DNA of 64,000 nt, taken from contig DATAYP010000064.1 in assembly GCA_036272475.1 (NCBI GenBank), forward strand, positions 4,443 through 68,442, written 5' to 3'. Under the pieces are notes generated by a model, which was not told the origin of the DNA, ran no database searches, and was given only the letters and a program-made list of their open reading frames with translations. Position 1 is the first letter of the stretch, and each line of letters opens with the position of its first letter. This DNA comes from Solirubrobacteraceae bacterium. Lineage in GTDB: Bacteria; Actinomycetota; Thermoleophilia; Solirubrobacterales; Solirubrobacteraceae. Shown in pieces: positions 37,378-46,092 of this stretch. Position numbers and translations under genes: made by a program.

Positions 37378-37758
37378 TCACGCCCGCTCGCCACCCTCGT
37401 CCAGCATGCCGTGCAGGTGGGCCGCAGCGAGCTCGATGTCGCGGTAGTCGCGCTGGCCGGCTCGCGACTCCGCGGCGAGGACACCGCAGCGATGCACGTC
37501 GCGGAAGTCGCCGTAGGGGAACTTGTAGTGGCCCTTGGTCTCGCGGTTCTGCTCGCGGTCGACCCCAAGGTGCCAGCGCCCGTAAGCGGTCCATCCATGC
37601 TCGGCGATGAATTCGTTCTCCTGCTCGGCGGAGGGCTGATGCTCGCTCCAGGCATCGCGGTCGTCGATCACGCGGTGCCCCGCACGGATCAGCTCCTGGG
37701 CGTACTCGTATGCCGTTCGATTGAGCTTGACCGTTCCGGCGTTTGTGTTCACCGACAC
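37378..37758 (-). CDS. hypothetical protein, 126 aa
   Basis: GAAGGAGGG lies 4 nt before the GTG at 37758. Contains the motif GHYKFPYGDFRDVHRCGVLAAESRAGQ. It ends 17 nt upstream of the DUF2267 gene start. Confidence 0.65.
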   Translation of the reverse strand: MSVNTNAGTVKLNRTAYEYAQELIRAGHRVIDDRDAWSEHQPSAEQENEFIAEHGWTAYGRWHLGVDREQNRETKGHYKFPYGDFRDVHRCGVLAAESRAGQRDYRDIELAAAHLHGMLDEGGERA

Positions 37759-38026
37759 AGTTCCCTCCTTCGGGTCGCCTGCGCCGTCCATTAGGACGGA
37801 GGCGCCAGGGGCCAAGGCATCTGGCCCAGCGGCCGTGGTCGCTCGGCTGCAGCGGTCCGCCGCGGCGCTCATGGCCGGCATGCCTTCCGCGGGGGCCGCC
37901 GTGCGGGTGATCGGCAGGCCGAGCTGCACAGCTTCGCTGTCCATGGCCCTGCAGATGCCCGAAGCGCCCCCCAGCCATGCACGGTCGCCGGAAGACCGTG
38001 TCGGCGGCGTCGACTGCACGGTTGTT

Positions 38027-38122
38027 CGATGCCGCACGTGTGCGGCATCGCCGGCAGGCGCATGCGCCTGCCGGTGGAGGAGCCGCATGCGGCTCCTCCC
38101 GGGGCCGCGCATGCGCGGCCCC
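38027..38122. repeat. array of four abutting GC-rich palindromes (24, 24, 24 and 22 nt)
   Basis: Element 1: CGATGCCGCAC-GT-GTGCGGCATCG. Element 2: CCGGCAGGCGCATGCGCCTGCCGG. Element 3: GGAGGAGCCGCATGCGGCTCCTCC. Element 4: GGGGCCGCGCATGCGCGGCCCC. Spacers are 0-1 nt and arm complementarity is perfect. Confidence 0.95.
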
Positions 38123-38140
38123 GCCGACAGGACGTGAGGC

Positions 38141-38395
38141 CTACCAGCCGATGTGGCTGAACATCATTTCGGCGCCCTGCTGGAGGAACAGGCCGCCTTC
38201 GTAGCTGCGGTACTCGTGGTGCGCGGTGTCGCCCGCGTTGAAGCCCTGGCAGATGGCGTCTTTCAGCCGGCACCAATCCCCGAGGCGGTTGTTGATTTTC
38301 GAGCTGTAGTTGCCCCGCTCGGTGAGGATGCCCCAATGGTTCGGGTCGTAGTTGCCGCGGGCGGTGGCATGGTCGTCCTTGCTGAAGCGCGGGTC
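38141..38395 (-). pseudogene. C-terminal fragment of an unknown protein (no start codon in frame)
   Basis: The open frame reads SDPRFSKDDHATARGNYDPNHWGILTERGNYSSKINNRLGDWCRLKDAICQGFNAGDTAHHEYRSYEGGLFLQQGAEMMFSHIGW*. Codon usage is native, but no ATG, GTG or TTG is available. Confidence 0.45.
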
Positions 38396-38646
38396 GCTCG
38401 TGGCTGCGCAACCCGGGCCAGCGCAAGACGATCGCGCACGAGCTGGGCGTGCATCCGCAGACCGTCCGCTACCGCATGTCGCGACTGCGCGAGCTCTTCG
38501 GATCCGCGCTCGACGATCCCGACGGCCGCTTCGAGCTCGAGCTCGCGCTGAGGGTCGAGCCCTACGCGCAGCTCGCGACGGGCGAGCCCGGAGACGGCCG
38601 GCTGGAGCCCCGTCGGGACACTCAGGTTTCTCTCAGCAACTCCTAA
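38386..38646 (+). pseudogene. C-terminal HTH fragment of a PucR/CdaR-family regulator
   Basis: TIAHELGVHPQTVRYRMSRLRELFGSALDDPDGRFELELALRV is the PucR C-terminal HTH. The upstream domains are absent. Confidence 0.55.
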
Positions 38647-38751
38647 GATCGCTCCCAACCGCAGCGGCTCTCATTGCAGTCACACGGCAGGCTCAGCTGC
38701 CGCAAGACGAAAGGCGTGAGAGTCATGGTGGCGAGAAGGGAGAATCACGAG

Positions 38752-39453
38752 ATGAGCGATGCCGCTTCAGATCATCGTGTGCTGGTGGTCGACGACGAGC
38801 CCAACATCGTCGAGGTGGTGACGATGGCGCTGCGCTTCCAGGGGTTCGAGGTCGAGAGCGCCGCGACCGGACGCGAGGCGCTGGCGGCGGTCACGAAGTT
38901 CAAGCCGCATCTGATGGTGCTCGATGTGATGCTCCCCGACATGGAGGGCTTCGAGGTCGCCTCGAGGCTCGGCGCGCAGCGAGCGGGCGTGCCGATCATC
39001 TTCCTCACCGCGCGCGACGCCACCGAGGACAAGGTGCGCGGCCTGACGGGCGGCGGCGACGACTACATGACCAAGCCGTTCAGCCTCGAGGAGCTCGTGG
39101 CGCGCATCCGCACGATCCTGCGCCGCAGCGGCCAGGCCTCGCCCGAGTCCGGGCGCCTGGTGTTCGAGGATCTCGAGCTCGACGAGGAGTCGCGCGAGGT
39201 GACCCGCGGCGGCGCGCCGATCGAGCTGACGGCCACCGAATACCGCCTGCTGCGATACCTGATGCTGAACCCGCGCCGCGTGATGACGCGCGCGCAACTG
39301 CTCGACCACGTCTGGAACTACGATTTCGGCGGGGACGGGCGCGTGCTCGAGACCTACATCAGCTATCTGCGCAAGAAGCTCGACGCCCACGGACCATCAT
39401 TGATCAGGACCGTGCGCGGCGTCGGCTACGCACTTCAGGCCCCGCGGGGCTGA
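38752..39453 (+). CDS. OmpR-family response regulator (alternative start at 38725)
   Basis: Motifs: VLVVDDEPNI, MVLDVMLPDMEG, DDYMTKPF, and the winged helix LTATEYRLLRYL...VRGVGY. Confidence 0.9.
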   Translation: MSDAASDHRVLVVDDEPNIVEVVTMALRFQGFEVESAATGREALAAVTKFKPHLMVLDVMLPDMEGFEVASRLGAQRAGVPIIFLTARDATEDKVRGLTGGGDDYMTKPFSLEELVARIRTILRRSGQASPESGRLVFEDLELDEESREVTRGGAPIELTATEYRLLRYLMLNPRRVMTRAQLLDHVWNYDFGGDGRVLETYISYLRKKLDAHGPSLIRTVRGVGYALQAPRG

Positions 39454-40922
39454 TGGCCTCCCTGCGCGCGCGCGTGCTTGCAAGCGTGCTGGTGCTGGCG
39501 GCCGTCGGGCTCGTACTGCTGGCCGCCGTCACCTACGCCGAGCAGCGCTCGTTCCTCGAAGGCCGCGTCGACCAGGAGGTTCGCGGCGCCGGCCCCACCG
39601 TCTCGCAGGTGCTCGACCGGCTCGGCCTGCGCCCGCCCGGCAGCTCCCCCTCGCCGGCGCCGGGTACGCGCAGCGGCCACGGCCGCGGGCCCGGCCCGGG
39701 CGGTCCCGGGCTGACACTGCCTCCGGGCACATACGGTCAGCGGCGCGATGCCTCGGGGAGAGTCTTGGGACACGAACTGTTCTCCTACGGCCAGGCGGCG
39801 CCGCCGGCGCCGAAGATCCCCGCACAGGTACCCGTCGGAAAGCTCTTCACGGTCGGCTCGGCCGGCTCCTCGGGGCTGCGCTACCGCGTCTATGTGAGCC
39901 ATGACCCAGAGGACACCGGCTTGACGCTCGTGGCGGTGCCGCTGCGGGAGGTCGAACAGAACCTCAACCGCCTGCTGCTCGTCGAGGGGCTCGTGATCGG
40001 CGGCGTGCTGCTCGCGCTCGGGCTCAGCGCGTTCTTCGTCGTCCGCCTCGGGCTGCGCCCGCTCGACCGCATCGAGCAGACCGCCGGGAAGATCGCCGGC
40101 GGCGACCTCTCGCGCCGCGTCAGCCCCGCGAACACGAGAACCGAGGTCGGGCGCCTGGGGCTTGCGCTGAACGCGATGCTCGACCGTCTGGAGACAGCCT
40201 TCGCCGGCAGGACGCGCAGCGAAGAGCGCCTGCGGCAGTTCCTCGCCGATGCCTCGCACGAGCTGCGCACGCCGCTCGCCTCGATCCGCGGATACGCCGA
40301 GCTTCATCGGATCGGCGCGACCGAGGACGCGGCCGGGACGGAGATGGCGATGCGGCGCATCGAGGAGGAGGCCAAGCGGATGGGCGTGCTCGTCGAGGAC
40401 CTGCTCACGCTCGCGCGCCTCGACGAGGAGCCCTCGGTTCGCAGGCAGGAGGTCGATCTCGCGGCGCTTGCCCGCGACGCCGCCGAAGACGCGCGCGCGA
40501 CCGCGCCGGACCGTGCGATCAGCGTCGACGGCGCAACCTCGGCGATCATCTCGGGCGACCCGCACCAGCTGCGCCAGGTGCTCGCGAACCTCACCCGCAA
40601 CGCGCTCGTGCACACGCCCGGGGGCAGTCCGATCGAGCTCTCGGTCACACGCAACGGGCAGGAGGTCGCGGTGAGCGTCCGCGATCACGGTCCTGGCCTG
40701 CCGGCCGACTCCGAGCAGAACATCTTCGACCGCTTCTGGCGCGCCGAGGGCGGCCGCGAGCGCGGCAAGGCAGGCGCCGGCCTCGGTCTGGCGATCGTGC
40801 GCGGCGTGCTCGACGCGCACGGTGGGCGGATCAGCGCAGAGAACGCCCCCGGCGGCGGAGCGCTGTTCGTCGTTCGCCTCCCGCGCTCGGCGCCACAACC
40901 CGAGTCCCCCTCCCGGGCCTGA
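39453..40922 (+). CDS. sensor histidine kinase (HAMP plus HisKA plus HATPase)
   Basis: TGATG overlap with the response regulator. H-box FLADASHELRTPL, N/G boxes LANLTRNALVHTP and DHGPGL..FDRFWR..GLGLAIV. Confidence 0.9.
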   Translation: MASLRARVLASVLVLAAVGLVLLAAVTYAEQRSFLEGRVDQEVRGAGPTVSQVLDRLGLRPPGSSPSPAPGTRSGHGRGPGPGGPGLTLPPGTYGQRRDASGRVLGHELFSYGQAAPPAPKIPAQVPVGKLFTVGSAGSSGLRYRVYVSHDPEDTGLTLVAVPLREVEQNLNRLLLVEGLVIGGVLLALGLSAFFVVRLGLRPLDRIEQTAGKIAGGDLSRRVSPANTRTEVGRLGLALNAMLDRLETAFAGRTRSEERLRQFLADASHELRTPLASIRGYAELHRIGATEDAAGTEMAMRRIEEEAKRMGVLVEDLLTLARLDEEPSVRRQEVDLAALARDAAEDARATAPDRAISVDGATSAIISGDPHQLRQVLANLTRNALVHTPGGSPIELSVTRNGQEVAVSVRDHGPGLPADSEQNIFDRFWRAEGGRERGKAGAGLGLAIVRGVLDAHGGRISAENAPGGGALFVVRLPRSAPQPESPSRA

Positions 40923-41014
40923 GCTCTGCGCCCCGCGCGTCGGCGGCCCGCCGCTTCAGCCGTGGCGGCCTGCCGCGCCCGCGGAGCGCGTGTCTGCGGG
41001 TCGCAAACTGCGGG

Positions 41015-41464
41015 GTGCGCGCTTGCCTGCCGATCGTGCCCGCCGCTAGGCTCGCACGGATCGTCTCGAGCGACTCCCATCCAAGCCGGCGGAGCGCCCG
41101 CCGCCTCAAGGGGCCGGGGCTCGAGGTCCACGACCTCGCCCGCGGCGCGCGCCACCGCCTGATCCTGAGCGGGGAGCTCGACAGGCTCACCGCGCACGAC
41201 CTCGAACGGGCGGTCTGCTCGGTCTGCGGGCGGCGCACCCGCGGACTGGTGCTCGACCTCCGCGGGCTCACGTTCATCGACCTGTGCGGTCTGCGGATGG
41301 TGCTGTTCGCAAGAGAACTCTGCGAGTGGCAGGGCTGTGACTTCGGGCTCGTCTCCATGCCCGACAACGTGCAGCGCGCCTTCGAGCCGGCCAACGTGCT
41401 CGACCTCGCCGCCCCCATCCTGGCGGGGAAGCGCTGCGCAGGCGGTTCGCTCCAGTCGTCCTGA
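41015..41464 (+). CDS. STAS domain protein (anti-sigma-factor antagonist-like); start uncertain
   Basis: LILSGELDRLTAHDLERAV...LVLDLRGLTFIDLCGLRMVLFA fits the STAS pattern. Confidence 0.55.
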   Translation: MRACLPIVPAARLARIVSSDSHPSRRSARRLKGPGLEVHDLARGARHRLILSGELDRLTAHDLERAVCSVCGRRTRGLVLDLRGLTFIDLCGLRMVLFARELCEWQGCDFGLVSMPDNVQRAFEPANVLDLAAPILAGKRCAGGSLQSS

Positions 41465-41567
41465 GGCTGTCTTCCCCCCTTCGGGACGGCCTCGGGTTGC
41501 TGGAGCGGACCGCCGCCTGATCCTCATCGAGTGCCCAGCAGCTCCCCAGCGCGCTCTCAGGCTGCTC

Positions 41568-42158
41568 GTGTTCGATGACCGAGTGCTCAGCTCGCAGGCG
41601 CCCCTCATAGCGACGGCGACCTCGCCGCATCTGTTCTGGCTCGTGAGCCGCGCGGCGGGTATCGCCGCGCTGGTGCTCGCGAGCCTCTCGGTGTGTGCCG
41701 GCCTGCTGATGGGCGGCCGTCTGATGAAGGCTCGCGGTCCCGATCTGCGGAGCACCCACGAGGCGCTCTCGCTCGCGACGATCGCGGCGCTGCTCGTCCA
41801 CGGCCTGACGCTCGTCGGCGACAGCTACCTGCACCCGACGCTCGCCGACGTCGCGCTGCCGTTCCTCAGCGGCTACAAGACGCTCTGGACGACGGCAGGC
41901 ATCGTTGCGTTCTGGGCGATGGCGATCCTCGGCCTGTCCTACTACGCGCGCGCGCGGATCGGCGTGCAGCGCTGGCGTCGGCTGCACCGCTTCACGGCGC
42001 TCGCCTGGCTGCTCGGCTTGGTGCATTCGCTCGGCGAGGGCACCGACGCCGGCCAGACCTGGTTCCTGGCGATGACGGCGATCGTCGTCGTCCCGGCCGT
42101 CTGCCTCCTGGCGGCGCGCTGGCTCGGTGCTTCGCGCTCGCCGCAGGCCGCCGCCTGA
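41568..42158 (+). CDS. ferric reductase-like transmembrane domain protein (GTG start at 41568 or 41583)
   Basis: Six hydrophobic helices with conserved His residues (THEALSLATIAALLVHG, RLHRFTALAWLLGLVHS). This is the usual partner of ApbE operons in actinobacteria. Confidence 0.65.
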   Translation: MFDDRVLSSQAPLIATATSPHLFWLVSRAAGIAALVLASLSVCAGLLMGGRLMKARGPDLRSTHEALSLATIAALLVHGLTLVGDSYLHPTLADVALPFLSGYKTLWTTAGIVAFWAMAILGLSYYARARIGVQRWRRLHRFTALAWLLGLVHSLGEGTDAGQTWFLAMTAIVVVPAVCLLAARWLGASRSPQAAA

Positions 42159-42330
42159 GGCGGGTGCCTGCCTGGCGGCGATGCGCTCGCTGCATGTAGC
42201 TGCCGTGCGCAGCGCAGCGCCGCCGGCGCGCCGGCGCGACTCAGGATCCTCCCAGGCCGGCCGCGCGGAACTCGAACAGCGCACGACGAGACTGCTCTGC
42301 ATGCAATCCAACGGCCCGATTGGAGCGAAC

Positions 42331-42783
42331 ATGGATCATCGCGAGCAACTCAACGCAGAGCAGCAACCGAGCAGGCACAGCGGTCACCTCGACGGACGTG
42401 CGCTCGCGGCGGAGCGGCGCGCAGCCATACGCCGGCGCAGGCTTCGCATCCGCAGGCGTGTCGCGGGGCTCGCCGCGGCCCTGTTCTCGGCCGCGTTCCT
42501 CGCGGTCTACGTACAGCTCGCCTCCGGGCACGATCCCGCGCTCTCGACGAAGACGAGCAGCTCCTCGACGAGCGCCGCAGCGGTCTCGGGAACGGCGAAG
42601 AGCACGCCCGCGGCGAGCTCGCAGGAAACGACAAGCTCCTCCCCCAGCAACACGACCGGCAAATCGAGCGCGACAGGCGAATCGAGCACCGCGAGCGAAA
42701 CCAGCTCCGCGAGCGGATCCAGCTCCGCGAGCACGCCGGCGCAGTCGAACCAGGCGGCGCCCGTCACCACCTCGCAGTCGTGA
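42331..42783 (+). CDS. membrane-anchored Ser/Thr-rich low-complexity protein
   Basis: GGAGCG lies before the ATG. Arg-rich N-terminus, one TM helix (VAGLAAALFSAAFLAVYV), then about 90 aa of S/T/A-rich sequence. GTGA overlap with apbE (stop inside the apbE start). Confidence 0.6.
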   Translation: MDHREQLNAEQQPSRHSGHLDGRALAAERRAAIRRRRLRIRRRVAGLAAALFSAAFLAVYVQLASGHDPALSTKTSSSSTSAAAVSGTAKSTPAASSQETTSSSPSNTTGKSSATGESSTASETSSASGSSSASTPAQSNQAAPVTTSQS

Positions 42784-43757
42784 TCCCCGTGTGCGAGCAC
42801 AGCGAGGTCTTCGAGTGCTTCGGCTCGAGCTGCGAGGTGCTCGTCGCGGGCGCGGGCCAGGAGGGCTCGGCGGGCGACGCGCTGGCGATGAGCGTGCGCG
42901 AGATGCTCGCCTGGCACGGGCGCTTCTCGCGCTTCCTGCCCGAGAGCGAGCTCTCGCAGCTCAACCGCGACCGGCGCGAGGTCGTGCCGGTCAGCCCGAT
43001 GATGGCGAGGCTCGCCTCGGCGGTGCGTGTCGCAGGCTCGTCGAGCGGCGGGCTCGTCGACGCCACGATGGTCGAGGAGATCGAGCGCTCGGGCTACGCG
43101 GGTGACCTGTCCCCGGGCCCCACCCTGGCGTCGGCGCTCGCGCTCGCGCCCGCGCGCAGGCCCGCCGCGCCGGCGAGCTCGCCCGGCTGGCGGCAGCTCG
43201 CGGTCGACCAGGCGCACGGGCTCGTCCGGCGTCCCCGGACGCTGCGGCTCGACAGCGGCGGCGTCGCGAAGGGGCTCTTCGCAGACGTCCTCGCCGAGCG
43301 TCTCGCCGGGCATGCGAGCTTCGCCGTCAACTGCGCCGGCGACCTGACGCTCGGCGGCTCGCGCGGCGTCAGCCGGGAGATCCGGGTCGAGAGCCCCTTC
43401 GACGGCAGCGTCGTGCACACGTTCGAGATCCGGCGAGGCGGCGTCGCGACGAGCGGCATCGGCCGCCGCAGCTGGCTCGGCGAGGGCGGACGGCCCGCTC
43501 ATCATCTGCTCGACCCCTCGACCGGTCGCCCGGCATTCACGGGGATCGTGCAGGTGACCGCACTGGCCCCGAGCGCGCTTGCCGCTGAGGTGAGGGCCAA
43601 GGCCGCGCTCCTCAGCGGGCCCGCCCGCGCGCCCAGGTGGCTGCACGACGGCGGCGTGATCGTGTACGACGACGGCACGCACGATGTGCTCGAGCCGCCG
43701 GCAGTCGTGACCGTCGCAGAGCTCTCAGCGTTTCGCCACGCGAGCGCGGCCGCCTAG
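42780..43757 (+). CDS. apbE: FAD:protein FMN transferase (ApbE family)
   Basis: Motifs: FECFGSSCEVLV, SELSQLNR, LDSGGVAKG, VNCAGDL, ATSGIGRR, HHLLDPSTGRP. Confidence 0.85.
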   Translation: MIPVCEHSEVFECFGSSCEVLVAGAGQEGSAGDALAMSVREMLAWHGRFSRFLPESELSQLNRDRREVVPVSPMMARLASAVRVAGSSSGGLVDATMVEEIERSGYAGDLSPGPTLASALALAPARRPAAPASSPGWRQLAVDQAHGLVRRPRTLRLDSGGVAKGLFADVLAERLAGHASFAVNCAGDLTLGGSRGVSREIRVESPFDGSVVHTFEIRRGGVATSGIGRRSWLGEGGRPAHHLLDPSTGRPAFTGIVQVTALAPSALAAEVRAKAALLSGPARAPRWLHDGGVIVYDDGTHDVLEPPAVVTVAELSAFRHASAAA

Positions 43758-43773
43758 GAGGCCGCCGTACCGG

Positions 43774-44784
43774 TCATTCGAGCAGCTCGAGCACTGCCAC
43801 CTCGACGCGCTTGCGCGTGCGCGTATCGTCGAGGTCGGGACCGTCCTGCGAGCTGCTCAGCGCATCGGCGATCGTGACTCCCGCGTGGTAGCGGTCGATC
43901 ACGCGCGGGTCGATGTAGGAGGCTCGGCAGACCGCCGGCGTGTTGCCCAGGTACGCGGCGACGGTCTTCACCGCATCGCGCACGATCCGCTCGCGTGCCG
44001 TTCTGCGCGACGGTATCTGCGGGACGGCGAGCGCGACGGCCGCGAGCACGGTCGCGTTCCACGTGCGGAAGTCCTTCGCGGTGAACTCTCCCCCGCTGGC
44101 TTGCTTGAGGTAGTCGTTGACCTCGTCGGAGTGAACGTCTGCCCAGCGGCCGTCGGAGCGGTAGGCGAAGAGCTGAGCGCCTCCCCCCCGTCGCGCCTTC
44201 AGCGACGTGATGATCTCGAGGGTCTGCGTGTCGCGGATCTCCTGCACACGGCGGATGCCGGACTTGGCGAGGTAGTCGAACACGAGCGCGCCGTCGCGGA
44301 CCGCGACGTGGCGCTTGAGCATCGTCGTCAGACCATAGGATTCGTTGCGTTCGGCGTAATCCTCCGAGCCGATCCTGAAGAAGCCCAGGTCGAGCAGCCG
44401 GACGACGCATGCGAGGACCCGCTCGCGCGTGAGCTCCTCTCCCCGCAGGTCCCTCGCGACCCTTCGTCGCAGCCTCGGCAGCGAGCTGCCGAACGCCGTC
44501 ATCGAGTGGAACTTGAGACGGTCGCGATGCGCTCGCCAGCGGTCGTGGTAGAGGTACTGCTTGCGGCCGGCCGCATCGATGCCCGTCGCCTGCAGGTGCC
44601 CCTGCGGGTCCAGGCAGATCCAGACCTCTCGCCACGCCGGCGGGATCGCGAGCTCGCCGATCCGTTCCAGCACCTCCGGATCGTCGATGCGGGCGCCATC
44701 CGGGTCGATGTACTCGACCGCGCGGCCGCGCCGGCGGCGACTGATGCCTGGTGACGCGCAATCGGAGCGTCGTAGTCTCGGCAC
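43774..44784 (-). CDS. DNA topoisomerase IB (bacterial poxvirus-like type)
   Basis: Motifs: IPPAWREVWI, ATGIDAAGRKQYLYH, YGLTTMLKRHV, FDYLAKSGI, TAKDFRTWNATV, LGNTPAVCRASYIDP. Confidence 0.9.
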   Translation of the reverse strand: MPRLRRSDCASPGISRRRRGRAVEYIDPDGARIDDPEVLERIGELAIPPAWREVWICLDPQGHLQATGIDAAGRKQYLYHDRWRAHRDRLKFHSMTAFGSSLPRLRRRVARDLRGEELTRERVLACVVRLLDLGFFRIGSEDYAERNESYGLTTMLKRHVAVRDGALVFDYLAKSGIRRVQEIRDTQTLEIITSLKARRGGGAQLFAYRSDGRWADVHSDEVNDYLKQASGGEFTAKDFRTWNATVLAAVALAVPQIPSRRTARERIVRDAVKTVAAYLGNTPAVCRASYIDPRVIDRYHAGVTIADALSSSQDGPDLDDTRTRKRVEVAVLELLE

Positions 44785-44855
44785 CGGCAGGCTCTACCCG
44801 AAGCGCGCCGGAGGCACTCGGCTGGAGGGCCTCGCCGGGTGTTTCGAGCGGCTCT

Positions 44856-45488
44856 TCAACCCTTCGCCTCGGCGATCGCGTGCGCCAGCGCGGCGCGGCC
44901 GTCGTGCAGCACGGGTTCGCCGTGTGAGACGAGCACCCGCTCGATCGGCAGCTCGAGCAGCGGGGCTAGCAGGTCGGCGAGGCCGGGGCGGTTGACGTGT
45001 ACGTCTTCGAGCCAGCTCTGCGGGCAGAGGCGCAGGCCGACTCCCTCGGGAGCGATCAGGCGGTCGCCGGCGACGAGCGTCGCGACGGACGGCAACCAGT
45101 AGAGAGTCTCGCCGGCGCCTCGCAGCGGGCGCTCCTTCACCCCCGCCGGGAGGGCGTTCCAGGCGCCCGGTGTCTGCGCGCGGTAGCGCTCCGCGAGCTC
45201 CTCGCGGTCGCGCCGGTGCCAGTGGATCGTCGTGAGGATGCTGACCGGCCGTCCGGCGATTCGCTCGTCGAGCCAGCGAAGGAAGGCGTCGCGCTCCTCG
45301 CGGGGCAGAAGCGGATCGATCAGCGTGGCGACCTCGGGCTGCTCGTAGAGCACCGAGCCGACCATCTCCTCCCAGTCGCTCGAGCTTCCCGCGACCGCCG
45401 GCGGCTTCCAGTCGGGGTGCGGCGCGGTCCAGCGGAGCAGACCGGGCGCGATCTCCTCCGGGCGCCCAGCGGCGGGTGCGGCACTCAC
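44856..45488 (-). CDS. hypothetical protein, MBL-fold-like (tentative)
   Basis: 210-aa ORF with a 4-nt overlap with the upstream TetR stop. Family assignment is weak. Confidence 0.55.
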   Translation of the reverse strand: MSAAPAAGRPEEIAPGLLRWTAPHPDWKPPAVAGSSSDWEEMVGSVLYEQPEVATLIDPLLPREERDAFLRWLDERIAGRPVSILTTIHWHRRDREELAERYRAQTPGAWNALPAGVKERPLRGAGETLYWLPSVATLVAGDRLIAPEGVGLRLCPQSWLEDVHVNRPGLADLLAPLLELPIERVLVSHGEPVLHDGRAALAHAIAEAKG

Positions 45489-46063
45489 GGCAGCGCAACC
45501 AACGCCGAACCGACCGCCGCGACCGCGTTGGCGCCGGCGACCTCCAGCGGCTCGGTGGTGCGCATCGCGCGAGCGAAGATGAACGCACCCTCGAGCAGGC
45601 AGAGGATCGAGAGGGCGAGCTCGCGCGCGTTCGCCCGAGGAATGCCCGCGGCGGCGAAGTACGCGCCGGCGGCGTCGATCCAGCTGTCGAACACATCCGC
45701 CGTCGCCTCGCGCAACGCCTCGTTGGTGCTCGCGACCTCGAGCGCCACCGTCGCGATCGGGCAGGCGTCGGCGTAGTCGGTCTCGCGCAGCGTCTCCGCC
45801 GCGCCCGCGAAGAAGTCGGCGATCGCGGTGACCGGGTCGGGCGCCTGCATCGCGATCGTCGCGAACAGCTCCAGGTAGAGGTCTCCCGACCAGCGGATCA
45901 CCTCCGCTCCGAGCTGCTCCTTGCCGCCCGGGAAGAAGTGGTAGAGCGATCCGAACGGGGCGCTCGCCATCGCCGCGATCTGCTTGACGCCGGTCCCCGT
46001 GTAGCCCTGCCGGCGGAAGAGCTCGGCGCTCGAATCGATGATGCGCTCTCTCGTGCCTGGCAC
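45485..46063 (-). CDS. TetR/AcrR family regulator (paralogue of the one at 4960-5553)
   Basis: RIIDSSAELFRRQGYTGTGVKQIAAMASAPFGSLYHFFPGGKEQLGAEVIRWSG; the second half also parallels the regulator at 4960. Confidence 0.9.
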   Translation of the reverse strand: MPGTRERIIDSSAELFRRQGYTGTGVKQIAAMASAPFGSLYHFFPGGKEQLGAEVIRWSGDLYLELFATIAMQAPDPVTAIADFFAGAAETLRETDYADACPIATVALEVASTNEALREATADVFDSWIDAAGAYFAAAGIPRANARELALSILCLLEGAFIFARAMRTTEPLEVAGANAVAAVGSALVALP

Positions 46064-46080
46064 TGCAACCTCCGCTGTCG

Positions 46081-46092
46081 TGTCTGCGCAGA
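46081..46092. promoter_or_regulatory. perfect 12-bp palindrome GTCTGCGCAGAC, candidate TetR operator
   Basis: It lies in the 97-bp divergent region between the TetR gene (45485-46063) and the hydrolase gene (46161). Confidence 0.4.

Noticed and set aside
42540-42780. A repetitive nucleotide pattern that might be a tandem repeat or CRISPR-like array.
   Set aside because: It is low-complexity Ser/Thr/Ala coding sequence within an ORF. There is no repeat-spacer periodicity and there are no cas genes.
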